From Methylophilaceae bacterium (GTDB lineage: Bacteria; Pseudomonadota; Gammaproteobacteria; Burkholderiales; Methylophilaceae), in assembly GCA_027485305.1 (NCBI GenBank), contig JAIXRI010000001.1, forward strand, positions 12,231 through 76,230: 64,000 bases of DNA, written 5' to 3'. Below are positions 50,400 to 61,511 of this stretch, piece by piece. The notes beneath the pieces are model-generated. The model saw only the letters and a program-made list of their open reading frames with translations, was not told where the DNA came from and made no database searches. Numbering within the stretch: the first letter of the stretch is position 1; each line of letters begins with the position of its first letter. The translations under genes were made by a program, and so were the position numbers.

Positions 50400-51437
50400 A
50401 TGGACGACAATAAAAGCAAAGCACTGGCAGCAGCACTTTCGCAAATTGAGAAGCAATTCGGAAAAGGCTCCATCATGCGCTTGGGCGACACCGAAGTCGC
50501 TGAAGACATTCAAGCTGTTTCAACAGGCTCGCTTGGCCTTGATATTGCACTTGGCATTGGCGGTTTACCGCGTGGCCGTGTGATCGAAATCTACGGTCCA
50601 GAATCTTCTGGTAAAACAACCCTCACGCTATCCGTCATTGCACAGATGCAGAAAATGGGCGGAACCGCCGCATTTATTGATGCTGAGCATGCACTCGATC
50701 CACAATACGCACAAAAATTAGGCGTTAATGTTGGCGAGCTTTTAATCTCGCAGCCAGACACTGGCGAACAAGCTTTAGAGATCGCCGACATGCTCGTGCG
50801 TTCCGGCTCTGTTGATATCGTGGTTGTCGACTCTGTCGCAGCCCTCGTACCAAAAGCTGAAATCGAAGGCGAAATGGGCGACTCACACATGGGCTTACAA
50901 GCACGCTTGATGAGCCAAGCACTTCGTAAACTCACAGGCAACATAAAACGCACAAACACCATGGTGATCTTCATTAACCAAATTCGTATGAAGATTGGCG
51001 TGATGTTTGGCAACCCAGAAACAACCACGGGTGGTAACGCACTTAAATTCTACGCTTCAGTGCGTTTAGATATTCGCCGCACTGGCGCAATCAAGCGAGG
51101 GGATGAAGTGATTGGCTCTGAAACCCGGGTGAAGATCGTTAAAAATAAAGTTGCTCCTCCATTCAAACAAGCCGAATTTGATATCTTGTACGGAGAAGGC
51201 ATTTCACGCGAAGGCGAAATTTTAGAGCTTGGCTCAGATCTTAAAATTGTTGAGAAAGCTGGCGCTTGGTATAGCTACAACGGTGAAAAAATCGGCCAAG
51301 GTAAAGATAACTCTCGCGAATACTTAAAAGAGCATCCAGAAGTGGCTGATGAAATTGATGCAAAAATTCGTGCGAATGCTAAAGGCAATCTAGACGCTAT
51401 CGTGAAGACGATCAGTCCAGATGACGCAGCAGACTAA
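50400..51437 (+). CDS. recA: Recombinase RecA
   Basis: Near-universal RecA sequence ([33 protein letters not shown]1/L2 loops). 345 aa. Confidence 0.98.
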   Translation: MDDNKSKALAAALSQIEKQFGKGSIMRLGDTEVAEDIQAVSTGSLGLDIALGIGGLPRGRVIEIYGPESSGKTTLTLSVIAQMQKMGGTAAFIDAEHALDPQYAQKLGVNVGELLISQPDTGEQALEIADMLVRSGSVDIVVVDSVAALVPKAEIEGEMGDSHMGLQARLMSQALRKLTGNIKRTNTMVIFINQIRMKIGVMFGNPETTTGGNALKFYASVRLDIRRTGAIKRGDEVIGSETRVKIVKNKVAPPFKQAEFDILYGEGISREGEILELGSDLKIVEKAGAWYSYNGEKIGQGKDNSREYLKEHPEVADEIDAKIRANAKGNLDAIVKTISPDDAAD

Positions 51438-51906
51438 AGAGAAAAAAAAGCCGCAAGTTTCACTGCGCCAACGTGCACTAGATTATCTAGCTAAACGTGA
51501 ATACAGCGTTGCGGAACTTGTGCAAAAACTGGACACAGTTGCAAGGCAATATGAATTAGATGCTGATGAAATCCCATCAATAGTTGCGGATTTCCAAAAA
51601 AGAAATTGGGTCTCAGACACCAGATTTACTGAGCAAATTCTACATGCGCGCAGATCCAAATTTGGGGTTGCGCGCATTGCACATGAACTAAGAGAAAAAG
51701 GTGTTTCGGATGAACTGATCTCCGAAGCAGTGCAAGATGTAAAAGAAAATGAGCTAACAAATGCCAAAGCCGTTTGGCGCAAAAAGTATGATGCGCCACC
51801 CAGTTCAAGAGAAGAATGGGCAAAGCAAGCAAGGTTTTTACAAAGTCGTGGGTTTGGTTTTGAAATTATAAAAAAAGTAATTAACGAGCAAGAAGACGAA
51901 ATATAG
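51421..51906 (+). CDS. recX: RecA regulator RecX
   Basis: 161 aa with a three-repeat helical RecX pattern. Overlaps the recA 3' end by 17 nt. Confidence 0.88.
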   Translation: MTQQTKEKKKPQVSLRQRALDYLAKREYSVAELVQKLDTVARQYELDADEIPSIVADFQKRNWVSDTRFTEQILHARRSKFGVARIAHELREKGVSDELISEAVQDVKENELTNAKAVWRKKYDAPPSSREEWAKQARFLQSRGFGFEIIKKVINEQEDEI

Positions 51907-51943
51907 CAAGGCCGTCACCAAAGAAAATAAATAGGCTAATTGA

Positions 51944-54592
51944 ATGAGTAAAACAGCAACATCTCCATTATCTGTTAAAGAAATCAGACAGCAATTCTTA
52001 GAATTTTTCGCGTCTAAAGGCCACCAAGTAGTTGCCTCTAGTTCTTTGGTGCCGCACGGCGACCCGACCCTGCTTTTTACCAATGCAGGCATGAACCAAT
52101 TTAAAGACGTGTTTTTAGGCTTTGATAAAAGACCATATACTCGGGCAACTACCAGCCAAAAATGTGTACGTGCTGGCGGCAAACACAACGACTTAGAAAA
52201 TGTGGGCTACACAGCGCGCCACCACACATTCTTCGAAATGCTTGGCAATTTCAGCTTTGGTGATTACTTTAAACGTGATGCCATCAAATACGCCTGGGAA
52301 TTGCTGACTGAAGTTTACAAACTTCCTAAGGACAAACTTACCGTCACTGTCTATGCAGACGACGATGAAGCCTATGACATTTGGGCAAAAGAAATCGGCG
52401 TACCAACTGAACGCATTATCCGCATTGGTGACAACAAAGGCGCTCGTTACGCGTCAGATAATTTCTGGATGATGGGCGACACAGGCCCCTGCGGCCCTTG
52501 TACCGAAATTTTTTATGACCACGGTGAACACATTTGGGGCGGCCCTCCAGGCAGTCCAGATGAAGATGGCGACCGTTTCATTGAGATTTGGAACAACGTA
52601 TTCATGCAGTTCAACCGCGACGAAGCAGGTGTGATGCATCCGCTTCCTAAGCCATCTGTAGACACAGGCATGGGCTTAGAACGTATTTCTGCGGTACTGC
52701 AACACGTACACGCCAACTACGAAATCGACCTATTCCAAACACTCATTCAAGCAGCCGCACGCGAAACAAAAACAACGGATTTAGACAACCCATCACTTAA
52801 AGTGCTGGCTGACCACATCCGCGCTTGTAGCTTCTTAATTGCTGATGGCGTTATTCCTGGCAATGAAGGCCGTGGCTACGTGCTACGCCGTATCATCCGC
52901 CGCGCAATTCGACACGGCTACAAGCTTGGTGCTCGCGCCGCGTTCTTCCATAAAATGTTGCCAGACTTGGTCGCTGAAATGGGCGAAGCTTATCCTGAAC
53001 TTGCCAGCGCTCAAACGCGGGTCTCTGAAGTACTCAAGCAAGAAGAAGAGCGCTTCTTTGAAACCATTGAAAATGGCATGGCTATTTTAGAGGCCGAATT
53101 AGCCGAAATGGCAAAAGCCGGCAACGCAACCTTTAATGGTGAAACTGCATTCAAATTGCATGACACATACGGCTTCCCACTTGACCTCACAGCAGACGTT
53201 TGTCGCGAACGCGATGTGACTGTGGACTCAGCCGCATTTGACGCAGCGATGTCACGCCAAAAAGAACAAGCCCGCTCTGCTGGCAGATTCAAAATGGCCA
53301 CCAACGTTGAGTATGACGGGGCAGCAACCAGCTTCCGCGGCTATGATGAACTCTCAACAGAAGCCAAAGTGCTTGCTCTGTATAAAGATGGATCTGCGGT
53401 AAAAGCTCTCAATGAAGGCGACTTAGGCATTGTCGTTTTAGACAACACGCCTTTTTACGCTGAATCAGGCGGTCAAATTGGTGACTGTGGCGATTTAAAA
53501 GCTAGCGATGGTATTTTCACTGTTGAAGATACGCTAAAAATTCAAGCCAGCGTATTTGGCCATCACGGTGTGATCACCACTGGCAAGCTTACAGTAGGCG
53601 ACACACTTCAAGCCCGCGTGAACACAAATGCTAGAGCAAGCACCATGCGCAACCACTCAGCAACGCACTTAATGCACAAAGCATTGCGCGAGGTGTTAGG
53701 TGAGCATGTGCAGCAAAAAGGCTCGTTAGTTGATACAGATAAAACACGTTTTGACTTTGTTCACAATGCACCCATGACAGATGAAGAAATCAGCCGAGTT
53801 GAAAATATCGTCAACACTGAAATCCTTGCTAACGCAGCAACGCAAGCCCGCGTGATGGATATTGAATCTGCACAAAAAACTGGTGCCATGATGTTATTTG
53901 GCGAAAAATATGGCGATGAAGTACGTGTTTTAGATATTGGCTCATCACGCGAACTTTGCGGTGGTACACACGTAAGTCGTACAGGGGATATTGGCCTATT
54001 CAAAATCACTGCTGAAAGTGGCGTAGCTGCTGGCGTTCGCCGCCTAGAAGCCACCTCGGGTGTGAATGCACTTAAATTGGTACAAAATCAACAAGCCTTG
54101 CTTAGCAATCTAGCAACCGAACTTAAAACTCCAGCAAGCGAACTAGCCATAAAAATCGCACAATTACTTGATTCACAAAAATCACTTGAAAAAGAACTTG
54201 CCCGATTAAAATCCAAATTAGCTTCCTCACAAGGTGATGACCTTGCAGACCAAGCAATAGATATTAACGGTGTTAAAGTGCTTGCGGCAACCTTAGAAGG
54301 CGCTGATGCAAATGCCTTGCGCGAGACCATGGATAAGCTAAAAGACAAACTAAAATCAGCGGCTATCGTATTAGCAAGCGTGACTGAGGGCAAAGTGAGC
54401 ATTGCGGCTGGCGTGACTCAGGATGTGATCGCGAAACTAAAAGCAGGCGACTTAGTCAATCATGTGGCTAGCCAAGTGGGTGGTAAAGGCGGCGGCAAAC
54501 CGGATATGGCAATGGCTGGCGGCACAGATCCTAGCCAATTACCCAAAGCACTTGCAAGCGTGCAAGCGTGGGTTCAACAAAAACTTAATTAA
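51944..54592 (+). CDS. alaS: Alanine--tRNA ligase AlaS
   Basis: 882 aa. Class II core ([10 protein letters not shown]), editing-domain HxxxH / CGGTH motifs, and a C-terminal DHHA1 region. Confidence 0.98.
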   Translation: MSKTATSPLSVKEIRQQFLEFFASKGHQVVASSSLVPHGDPTLLFTNAGMNQFKDVFLGFDKRPYTRATTSQKCVRAGGKHNDLENVGYTARHHTFFEMLGNFSFGDYFKRDAIKYAWELLTEVYKLPKDKLTVTVYADDDEAYDIWAKEIGVPTERIIRIGDNKGARYASDNFWMMGDTGPCGPCTEIFYDHGEHIWGGPPGSPDEDGDRFIEIWNNVFMQFNRDEAGVMHPLPKPSVDTGMGLERISAVLQHVHANYEIDLFQTLIQAAARETKTTDLDNPSLKVLADHIRACSFLIADGVIPGNEGRGYVLRRIIRRAIRHGYKLGARAAFFHKMLPDLVAEMGEAYPELASAQTRVSEVLKQEEERFFETIENGMAILEAELAEMAKAGNATFNGETAFKLHDTYGFPLDLTADVCRERDVTVDSAAFDAAMSRQKEQARSAGRFKMATNVEYDGAATSFRGYDELSTEAKVLALYKDGSAVKALNEGDLGIVVLDNTPFYAESGGQIGDCGDLKASDGIFTVEDTLKIQASVFGHHGVITTGKLTVGDTLQARVNTNARASTMRNHSATHLMHKALREVLGEHVQQKGSLVDTDKTRFDFVHNAPMTDEEISRVENIVNTEILANAATQARVMDIESAQKTGAMMLFGEKYGDEVRVLDIGSSRELCGGTHVSRTGDIGLFKITAESGVAAGVRRLEATSGVNALKLVQNQQALLSNLATELKTPASELAIKIAQLLDSQKSLEKELARLKSKLASSQGDDLADQAIDINGVKVLAATLEGADANALRETMDKLKDKLKSAAIVLASVTEGKVSIAAGVTQDVIAKLKAGDLVNHVASQVGGKGGGKPDMAMAGGTDPSQLPKALASVQAWVQQKLN

Positions 54593-54610
54593 TCTTAAAT
54601 AGTAAATATT

Positions 54611-55846
54611 ATGGCACTCATTGTTCAAAAATACGGCGGCACCTCAGTTGGTAACCCAGATCGCATTAAAAACTTAGCGCGTCGCGTGGCCCGCTTTAAA
54701 GCACTCGGCCATCAAATCGTGGTGGTGGTTTCAGCCATGTCAGGCGAAACTAATCGCTTGATTACCTTGGCAAAAGAAATCATGCCAGAGCCGGACCCTC
54801 GTGAATTAGACGTCATGGTCGCAACTGGTGAGCAAGTGACCATAGGCCTAACAGCGATGGCATTGATGGAACTAGGCCTGAAAGCAAAAAGCTACACCGG
54901 CGCACAAGTGCGTATCGTGACAGACGATGCACACACCAAAGCACGCATTCTGAGCATTGATGAAGAGCGTATTCGCGCTGATTTAAATGCTGGATATGTC
55001 GTCGTGGTTGCTGGCTTTCAAGGCGTCGATGAAAACGGCAACATCACAACATTAGGTCGTGGCGGTTCAGATACAACAGGCGTAGCCTTAGCAGCTGCAC
55101 TTAAAGCAGACGAATGCCAAATTTACACCGACGTTGATGGGGTTTATACAACCGACCCTCGCGTAGTGCCTGAAGCCCGTCGCTTAAAATCCATTACGTT
55201 TGAAGAAATGCTTGAGCTAGCTAGCCAGGGCTCAAAAGTATTGCAAATCCGTTCCGTAGAATTTGCCGGAAAATACAAAGTAAAACTTCGTGTGCTCTCA
55301 AGCTTTGAAGAGGATGGCGAAGGCACACTCATCACATTTGAAGATCCCGAAAACAAGGACAGCACCATGGAACAACCAATCATCTCAGGCATCGCATTTA
55401 ACCGAGACGAAGCAAAAATTATGGTACTCGGAGTGCCAGACAAACCAGGCATCGCCTACCAAATCTTAGGTCCAGTGGCAGACGCAAAAATTGACGTCGA
55501 CATGATTATCCAAAACATGGGTGCAGACGGCACAACGGACTTCACCTTCACTGTGCACAAAAACGACATGACGAAAGCACTTGGCATTCTTAACCAAGTA
55601 CAAGCGCACATCGGTGCACGTGAAATCCGCGGTGACGATAAAATCGCTAAAGTCTCTATCGTTGGTGTTGGCATGCGTTCACACGTTGGCATCGCAAGCC
55701 AAATGTTCCGCACACTGGCTGAAGAAGGCATCAACATCCAAATGATTTCAACCAGCGAGATCAAAATCGCGGTTGTGATCGATGAAAAATACATGGAACT
55801 CGCAGTTCGTGTTCTGCACAAAGCGTTTGGATTAGAAGAAGCTTAG
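54611..55846 (+). CDS. lysC: Aspartate kinase (monofunctional class, two C-terminal ACT domains)
   Basis: N-terminus VQKYGGTSV, plus GGSDTT and tandem ACT domains. 411 aa. An in-frame internal ATG at 55367 has its own RBS (see findings). Confidence 0.95.
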   Translation: MALIVQKYGGTSVGNPDRIKNLARRVARFKALGHQIVVVVSAMSGETNRLITLAKEIMPEPDPRELDVMVATGEQVTIGLTAMALMELGLKAKSYTGAQVRIVTDDAHTKARILSIDEERIRADLNAGYVVVVAGFQGVDENGNITTLGRGGSDTTGVALAAALKADECQIYTDVDGVYTTDPRVVPEARRLKSITFEEMLELASQGSKVLQIRSVEFAGKYKVKLRVLSSFEEDGEGTLITFEDPENKDSTMEQPIISGIAFNRDEAKIMVLGVPDKPGIAYQILGPVADAKIDVDMIIQNMGADGTTDFTFTVHKNDMTKALGILNQVQAHIGAREIRGDDKIAKVSIVGVGMRSHVGIASQMFRTLAEEGINIQMISTSEIKIAVVIDEKYMELAVRVLHKAFGLEEA

Positions 55847-55903
55847 ATTGATTTTTAAGGCGTAATCGAGTATTGTTACGCCCTCGTAACACAGCAACAA
55901 AAC

Positions 55904-55997
55904 GGAGAGCTGGCCGAGTGGTCGAAGGCACTTCCCTGCTAAGGAAGCATACGGGCTTAAATCTGTATCGAGGGTTCGAATCCCTCGCTCTCCGCCA
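55904..55997 (+). tRNA. tRNA-Ser (anticodon GCU)
   Basis: Acceptor stem GGAGAGC/GCTCTCC, anticodon loop CT-GCT-AA, long variable arm (type II), T-loop GGTTCGAATCC, and an encoded CCA. Confidence 0.93.
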
Positions 55998-56074
55998 AAC
56001 ATTGGCTGTTTATCGTTAAATTAGGTTTTTTCTACTGGAAATAAACACACTTTCGCGTATAATTCACTCCTCAC

Positions 56075-56151
56075 GCGCCCGTAGCTCAGCTGGATAGAGT
56101 ACTTGGCTACGAACCAAGGGGTCAGGAGTTCGAATCTCTTCGGGCGCACCA
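56075..56151 (+). tRNA. tRNA-Arg (anticodon ACG)
   Basis: Acceptor stem GCGCCCG/CGGGCGC, D-arm GCTCAGCTGGATAGAGT, anticodon stem-loop CTTGG-CTACGAA-CCAAG, T-loop GTTCGAATC, and an encoded CCA. TATAAT lies at 56058-56063 upstream. Confidence 0.95.
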
Positions 56152-56162
56152 AAAAATAAAAA

Positions 56163-56200
56163 AGGCTTACAGTTTCCACTGTAGGCCTTTTTTACGCTTC
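56163..56200 (+). terminator. Intrinsic terminator after tRNA-Arg
   Basis: 11-bp stem AGGCTTACAGT / ACTGTAGGCCT (one G-U pair) followed by TTTTTT. Confidence 0.8.
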
Positions 56201-56260
56201 AAGTATCCATTTTATCCAAGTAGAATAAGTGCATTACTGGCGAAGTCCTCAAGGCAATAA

Positions 56261-56932
56261 GTGAAAATTCTGTTAGTTGAAGATGATGCGGCATTAGGCC
56301 ATGCGATGAGCACTTCCCTTAATCGTGCTGGCTATACTGTGAACTGGGCGCATGATGGATATGAAGCTGACATTGCAATGCATGACCATGTTTACGATGC
56401 TGTAATTCTCGATTTAGGATTGCCGAAGATTGATGGTTTTGAAGTACTCAAAAGAATGCGTAATCGCAAAGTAATGGCACCTGTGATTATTTTAACTGCG
56501 CGGGATGACTTAGACGACCGCGTTAAAGGTTTGGATTTAGGCGCTGACGATTATTTGACCAAGCCATTCAAATTGCCTGAATTAGAAGCACGTCTCCGCG
56601 CACAAATTCGTCGTAACAACGCCATCCTCGCTTCCACCATTGAATATGGCCCTTTAGTACTCAATATCACTGACAAAATGCTAACCATGAATGGTGAGCA
56701 AATGCTGCTTTCCCCTCGTGAGTTTAGTGTGCTGGAAATGCTACTTTCCCGTGTAGGCCGCGTTGTCAGTAAAGAGGCGATCGTTGAGGCTTTATGCAAA
56801 TGGGACGAAGGTGTTGGGAATAATGCCATTGAAGTTTATATACACAGAATTCGCAAAAAACTTGAGCCTATTGGTATTAACGTATTAACGATTCGCGGTC
56901 TAGGCTATTTGCTGCAAAAAGCGCAATCCTAA
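56261..56932 (+). CDS. OmpR-family response regulator (QseB/TctD-like)
   Basis: GTG start with AAGG RBS. Receiver domain (LLVEDD, ILDLGLP, KP) plus a winged-helix output (RGLGYLL). Confidence 0.9.
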   Translation: MKILLVEDDAALGHAMSTSLNRAGYTVNWAHDGYEADIAMHDHVYDAVILDLGLPKIDGFEVLKRMRNRKVMAPVIILTARDDLDDRVKGLDLGADDYLTKPFKLPELEARLRAQIRRNNAILASTIEYGPLVLNITDKMLTMNGEQMLLSPREFSVLEMLLSRVGRVVSKEAIVEALCKWDEGVGNNAIEVYIHRIRKKLEPIGINVLTIRGLGYLLQKAQS

Positions 56933-56933
56933 A

Positions 56934-58325
56934 ATGAAAAAATATTCGTCATTAAGAAAAAAACTGCTGCGCGTATTAATACCGCCATTGTTAATTCTTA
57001 TCTTGCTGGTTTCATCAATTTTGTTTCGATTTGCTATTGTTGAACAACGTGATGCTTTTGACAACGCACTTTACGACTCCGCCTACTCAATTTATCAGTT
57101 GCTCGAAAAGTCTGAAGGTTCGATTGAAGACTTATCACTCCCAAAAAGCGAAAAGCAATTCATACTCAACGATCAATCTGATGTGATTTTCTATAATGTC
57201 GTGGATACAAATGGCAATGTTCTAAACGGCGAAACTGATTCTGGATTAATGCCTATACTCAAACAACAAACATCCACTCCAAATTTTAGGAACGGCACAG
57301 TCCAACATTTAAACGTTCGTATTGTTTCCATATTCGTGAGCATCCCGAAAAACGGTAATAAGCTACCTGTGTATATTCAAGTCGCTGAAACTTTGAACAA
57401 GCGAGAAGCGCTAGCTAGCCAAGTATTGATAGACATTATTGTCCCGCAATTACTTTTACTTCTATGCACTTTTGGCATCATTTGGTTTGGGGTTGAGCGT
57501 GGCCTTCAACCTTTGTTTGACTTACAAGCTGCGGTATCAAAGCGCTCTTATCTTGATTTAAGTGAGATTGACATGCCAGACGTTCCTACGGAAGTAATGA
57601 TTCTGGTCAACTCAGTCAACTCATTAATGCGGCAACTAGAAAGCGTATTGAGTGCACAAAATCGTTTTATTGCTGACGCGGCACATCAACTTAGAACGCC
57701 TTTGGCGGGCGCACAAGCTCAGCTTGAACTTGCGTTGCTAGAGAGCAATCCTGAACAACATCAACAGCTGCTAGAGCGCGTTAGCGAGAGCATGGAGCGT
57801 TTATCTCACACCATTACTCAATTGCTCAGCTTAGCGAGAAACCAGCAAGATGCTACGTATAATAAGGTGATGAGCCCAGTAAACCTTAATCAAATCGCAC
57901 AAGAGGTCACCACAGACATGGTGCCCACAGCGATTAAAAAGGGTTTAGATCTAGGATTTGAAGCAGACAGCCAAAACATGATGATTTTAGGAGAGACTAA
58001 GCGCCTGAAAGAAATGCTTTATAACTTAGTTGATAATGCTTTGCTCTATACGCCTGCTGGCGGCAAGGTCACCGTTAAAATCCAGCGCGAAGCGGGTGAA
58101 ATTGTATTAAGCGTGATTGATAACGGCCCTGGAATCTCTAAAGATGAGCGTGAAAAAGTATTTGAACGATTTCATCGCATCATGGGTTCAGGGCATGAGG
58201 GAAGCGGTCTTGGTCTTGCAATTGTCATGGAAATCGTACAACTTCATCAAGCCAATATAGAAATCATCGACGAGCCTCTCAAAAAAGGACTCAACATACA
58301 AGTAAGCTTTGCTGAGACAAGATAG
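56934..58325 (+). CDS. Sensor histidine kinase (QseC/TctE-like)
   Basis: Two TM segments flanking a periplasmic domain, H-box FIADAAHQLRTPL, N box LVDNAL, G boxes DNGPGI and GSGLGLAIV. Confidence 0.9.
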   Translation: MKKYSSLRKKLLRVLIPPLLILILLVSSILFRFAIVEQRDAFDNALYDSAYSIYQLLEKSEGSIEDLSLPKSEKQFILNDQSDVIFYNVVDTNGNVLNGETDSGLMPILKQQTSTPNFRNGTVQHLNVRIVSIFVSIPKNGNKLPVYIQVAETLNKREALASQVLIDIIVPQLLLLLCTFGIIWFGVERGLQPLFDLQAAVSKRSYLDLSEIDMPDVPTEVMILVNSVNSLMRQLESVLSAQNRFIADAAHQLRTPLAGAQAQLELALLESNPEQHQQLLERVSESMERLSHTITQLLSLARNQQDATYNKVMSPVNLNQIAQEVTTDMVPTAIKKGLDLGFEADSQNMMILGETKRLKEMLYNLVDNALLYTPAGGKVTVKIQREAGEIVLSVIDNGPGISKDEREKVFERFHRIMGSGHEGSGLGLAIVMEIVQLHQANIEIIDEPLKKGLNIQVSFAETR

Positions 58326-58336
58326 AAAGGAAAGAC

Positions 58337-58543
58337 ATGCTTATCATATTGCTGGGAGTTATATTAGCGCTGTTGCCTTTTATACTCACCACAGCCTTCC
58401 CACATTTGATAGTGATTAGTATTTATGCTGGGACTTTGCCTTGGCTCGCCATTAGCTGGGTGGCTCTAGTCATTACCATGATGATGCGCCGTCAAAGAAT
58501 TGCTGAATGGAGAGAGAAGCGTAAGCGTAATCATCAAAAATAG
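58337..58543 (+). CDS. Hypothetical small two-TM membrane protein
   Basis: 68 aa with two hydrophobic helices and a basic tail (RRQRIAEWREKRKRNHQK). Good RBS AAGGAAAG. 11 nt after the kinase gene. Confidence 0.6.
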   Translation: MLIILLGVILALLPFILTTAFPHLIVISIYAGTLPWLAISWVALVITMMMRRQRIAEWREKRKRNHQK

Positions 58544-58548
58544 AGGGG

Positions 58549-58878
58549 CTATTTTTTATTTTCTTCCCAAGCTTTATCAAGCACCACTTGTTTTTCTTCT
58601 AGTGCTTTCTGCGCCCTATTCAAGCGATCTTCTTTAGCCGGCAAGCCTTTTTTAAGCGCTTCTAGTTGCTGAGATTGTTGCGCGATTCTTTTTTCAAACT
58701 CTTTAATGCTATCCGCTAAAACCTGATGGTCTCTGTTTGCAGAGTCATACTCTTTTTGTGCCATACGCACTTGGTATTGCTCATCGCTAATGTCTTTTGC
58801 CATGACATGACTGCTAAGCCCTAGCCCAATCAATAAAAGTAGCCATACGCATTTCTTATTTTGTAAAAAGCTAAGCAT
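58549..58878 (-). CDS. Hypothetical secreted coiled-coil protein
   Basis: Signal peptide ...LLLLIGLGLSSHVMA|KD followed by heptad-rich E/K/Q sequence. ATG at 58878; the track start at 58884 is TTG. Confidence 0.55.
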   Translation of the reverse strand: MLSFLQNKKCVWLLLLIGLGLSSHVMAKDISDEQYQVRMAQKEYDSANRDHQVLADSIKEFEKRIAQQSQQLEALKKGLPAKEDRLNRAQKALEEKQVVLDKAWEENKK

Positions 58879-58980
58879 TTGCAAGATCCAGTTTTTAATT
58901 TCTAAGTTCTAATGTCTAGTTATCATAAATCAAAATAATGACAAATCAATGTAATTGGCGCTTTATTATTTTGACAATAA

Positions 58981-59008
58981 AAAAAGGGTTGCTTGCGCAA
59001 CCCTTTTA
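58981..59008 (-). terminator. Intrinsic terminator after the ompA-family gene
   Basis: Stem GGGTTGC (58986-58992) / GCAACCC (58997-59003). The A run on the plus strand is a T run on the minus strand after the hairpin. Confidence 0.7.
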
Positions 59009-59031
59009 ATCAAACCAATTAATTTAACAAA

Positions 59032-60102
59032 TTAATTTGCAACACATCCATCTTCTTGCTTGTGTGTTGCATCAACCACCACACGGCGGTTAGGTGCTAA
59101 ACATTCAATGAGCTTTTTGCTGCCTTTAACACCGGCACAATCAACCACTGGCTCAGACTCACCTTTGCCGACTGATTTAATTCGAACGTCTTTAATGCCA
59201 TGCGAAGCTAAGTATTTTTTCACAGCATCAGCGCGACGCTCTGAAAGTTTTTGGTTGTAAGCATCAGGACCAACTTTATCGGTATGACCAGTCACTAAAA
59301 TAAACTCAATATCGTTGTGCTCTTTAATCTTAGCCGCAACTTCATCTAAGGCTTGATTGCTTTTGCCGTTGATTGAAGCTTTGTCAAAATCAAACAAAGT
59401 TTCTGCCTGAATTGTAATGGTCTCAATGATTGGTTTACATACTGGCTTTACTGGCTCCGCAACCAAAGCAGGGGCTGGCGTTTCAACAACAGGCTCAACA
59501 GCAACAGGCTGGGTCACTTGCTCAACGAGGATAACAGGTGCCGGCGCTGGCGCATCAAAACGGAAAATAGCGCCAAAATTTAACACTGTATTTGCAACGG
59601 TTTTAGAATCAGCACCGACATCTGCCTCACTCCATACGGAACGCAAATCAGCTTGTAAACCAATGTTTTCAGTAAACAAGTACTGCACACCGGCTCCAAT
59701 ATTAGCCATTAAAGAGTCTTTTGTACCGCCAGCTACTGTGTAATCCAATTTATTATGGGCATAACCTATGCCAACCAATAAGAAAGGACGTAATTTTTCA
59801 CGGCTGAACATATACAATGCGTCAACACCTAGCAATGTTTGTTTGTACTTGCCGTTTGTATTGCCATCAACGCTGGTATACGCGCCACCGAATTGAATAT
59901 CCCAATTCTGACTAATTTCTTTGCCAGCGCGAAGGAAAGCACCAACATCATCTTTAGCCTTCAGATCACTATCTGTCCAGTTGTAGCTGATGCCAGGGAG
60001 TGCATACCAAGAACCTTTGTATGCGTCATCTCCAGCAAAAGCAGCAAATGAAGCGATTGACAATGTCGTCAACAGCGCCAAACTCATTAAATTCTTTTTC
60101 AT
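59032..60102 (-). CDS. OmpA/OprF-family outer-membrane protein
   Basis: Signal peptide, N-terminal beta-barrel region, Pro/Val/Ala-rich hinge (APAPAPV...VEPVVETPAPALVAEPVKP), and a C-terminal OmpA peptidoglycan-binding domain (TGHTDKVGPDAYNQKLSERRA). Confidence 0.9.
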   Translation of the reverse strand: MKKNLMSLALLTTLSIASFAAFAGDDAYKGSWYALPGISYNWTDSDLKAKDDVGAFLRAGKEISQNWDIQFGGAYTSVDGNTNGKYKQTLLGVDALYMFSREKLRPFLLVGIGYAHNKLDYTVAGGTKDSLMANIGAGVQYLFTENIGLQADLRSVWSEADVGADSKTVANTVLNFGAIFRFDAPAPAPVILVEQVTQPVAVEPVVETPAPALVAEPVKPVCKPIIETITIQAETLFDFDKASINGKSNQALDEVAAKIKEHNDIEFILVTGHTDKVGPDAYNQKLSERRADAVKKYLASHGIKDVRIKSVGKGESEPVVDCAGVKGSKKLIECLAPNRRVVVDATHKQEDGCVAN

Positions 60103-60203
60103 ATCAACTCCCTAAGAAAATGCATACACATAATAAAACGTTTACTAATCTTTTATTATTATACTTTATGGACAAATCTCTAGTAGATAAATATAGAACA
60201 ATA

Positions 60204-61511
60204 TTAGTTTTTGGATGCAATAGGAATCTGATCCCAATGCGTCGTATAGTTGGGGCTTTTATTCCCTTGCTTCATTTTCCAAGGCCTCGCAAACCCCTCA
60301 CTGGCGAGCTTAATACTTTCTCTGCCCATCTTAGCATTGATGCAATCCATCGCGCTCATCAGACTTGTTGATCGACTATCGGATTGCTCTGACGCAAACA
60401 GATCAAACTGTGCCGACGCCCGTGGAATAATATCGCTCAAACAAACACCCGCTTTAGCATAGTTGAAATTTGGTTTGTAAAGTCGCTTAAGTGCCCATAG
60501 GGCAACCTTCACCAACTGTCTTGTATCATCGGTAGGCGCTGGCAAAGAAATTGTCATGCCGTTGCCGTATTGTGCTTCATCCAGCTTAAACGGACTTGTC
60601 CGAATATACACTTGAACGATATTCGCTAAGGAGTGTTGACTACGTAGTTTTTCAGCTGCTCTGCTCATGTACAAGCTAATGGACTCAGCCAAGCTATTAA
60701 AATCTCGCACAGCATGACCAAAACTACGTGAGCTTAAGATTTGCTTTCTTGGTGGCACAATCTCCTCAAGCTCAATGCAAACAGTGCCATTTAACTCACG
60801 CACCGTTTTCTCCATGACCACACTAAATTGTTGTCTCAAATACTCTGAATTAGCCTGCTTCAAATCCATGACCGTATGAATGCCTAGCGCCTTGAGTTTT
60901 ATTGCTAGCTTGCGCCCGACCCCCCATACTTCACCCACATCGAGCTCACTGAACAATCGATTTAACGCATCCTCAGGGAACTTATTAAGATTACAAACCC
61001 CATTAAACTGCGTTTGCTTTTTAGCAAGATGGTTCGCTAGCTTAGCGAGCGTTTTGGATGCGCCAATCCCAACACAAACAGGCAAGCCAGTCCATTTAAG
61101 AATACGACCGCGCATTTGCTGTCCGTATTCCACTAAGTTTTTTTTCTCAAAACCTGTCAGATCCAAAAAACATTCATCAATCGAATAGACCTCTTGATGA
61201 GGGCTAAAGTCACTGAGAATCGTCATGACACGGTTACTCATGTCCGCATACAAAGCATAGTTGCTAGATAAGCCTTTTATCTTGTGTTTTTTGACAAGTT
61301 CTTGGCATTTAAACCAAGGCTCCCCCATCTTAATACCTAGCGCTTTCGCTTCATTACTTCGAGAGATGACACAGCCGTCGTTATTAGATAAAACAATCAC
61401 GGGGTTCGATTTAAGGGCTGGGTTAAACGAACGCTCACAACTAACATAAAAATTATTAACGTCGATCAGTGCAATGTTGCGCGGAGCGTTTGAAAAATGG
61501 CTGTTTTGCAT
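60204..61511 (-). CDS. umuC: Y-family translesion DNA polymerase, UmuC-like
   Basis: Colinear with E. coli UmuC: [76 protein letters not shown]. 435 aa. Confidence 0.9.
   Translation of the reverse strand: MQNSHFSNAPRNIALIDVNNFYVSCERSFNPALKSNPVIVLSNNDGCVISRSNEAKALGIKMGEPWFKCQELVKKHKIKGLSSNYALYADMSNRVMTILSDFSPHQEVYSIDECFLDLTGFEKKNLVEYGQQMRGRILKWTGLPVCVGIGASKTLAKLANHLAKKQTQFNGVCNLNKFPEDALNRLFSELDVGEVWGVGRKLAIKLKALGIHTVMDLKQANSEYLRQQFSVVMEKTVRELNGTVCIELEEIVPPRKQILSSRSFGHAVRDFNSLAESISLYMSRAAEKLRSQHSLANIVQVYIRTSPFKLDEAQYGNGMTISLPAPTDDTRQLVKVALWALKRLYKPNFNYAKAGVCLSDIIPRASAQFDLFASEQSDSRSTSLMSAMDCINAKMGRESIKLASEGFARPWKMKQGNKSPNYTTHWDQIPIASKN

Noticed and set aside
55997-60203. Possible genomic island integrated at tRNA-Ser or tRNA-Arg.
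   Set aside because: I saw no integrase, transposase, phage genes or direct repeat of a tRNA 3' end, and the genes look like ordinary envelope and regulatory functions. Composition was judged only by eye.
60000-60371. 123-aa plus-strand ORF spanning the ompA 5' end, the intergenic spacer and the umuC 3' end.
   Set aside because: It is antisense to two well-supported genes and crosses an AT-rich promoter region, with no coding signature.
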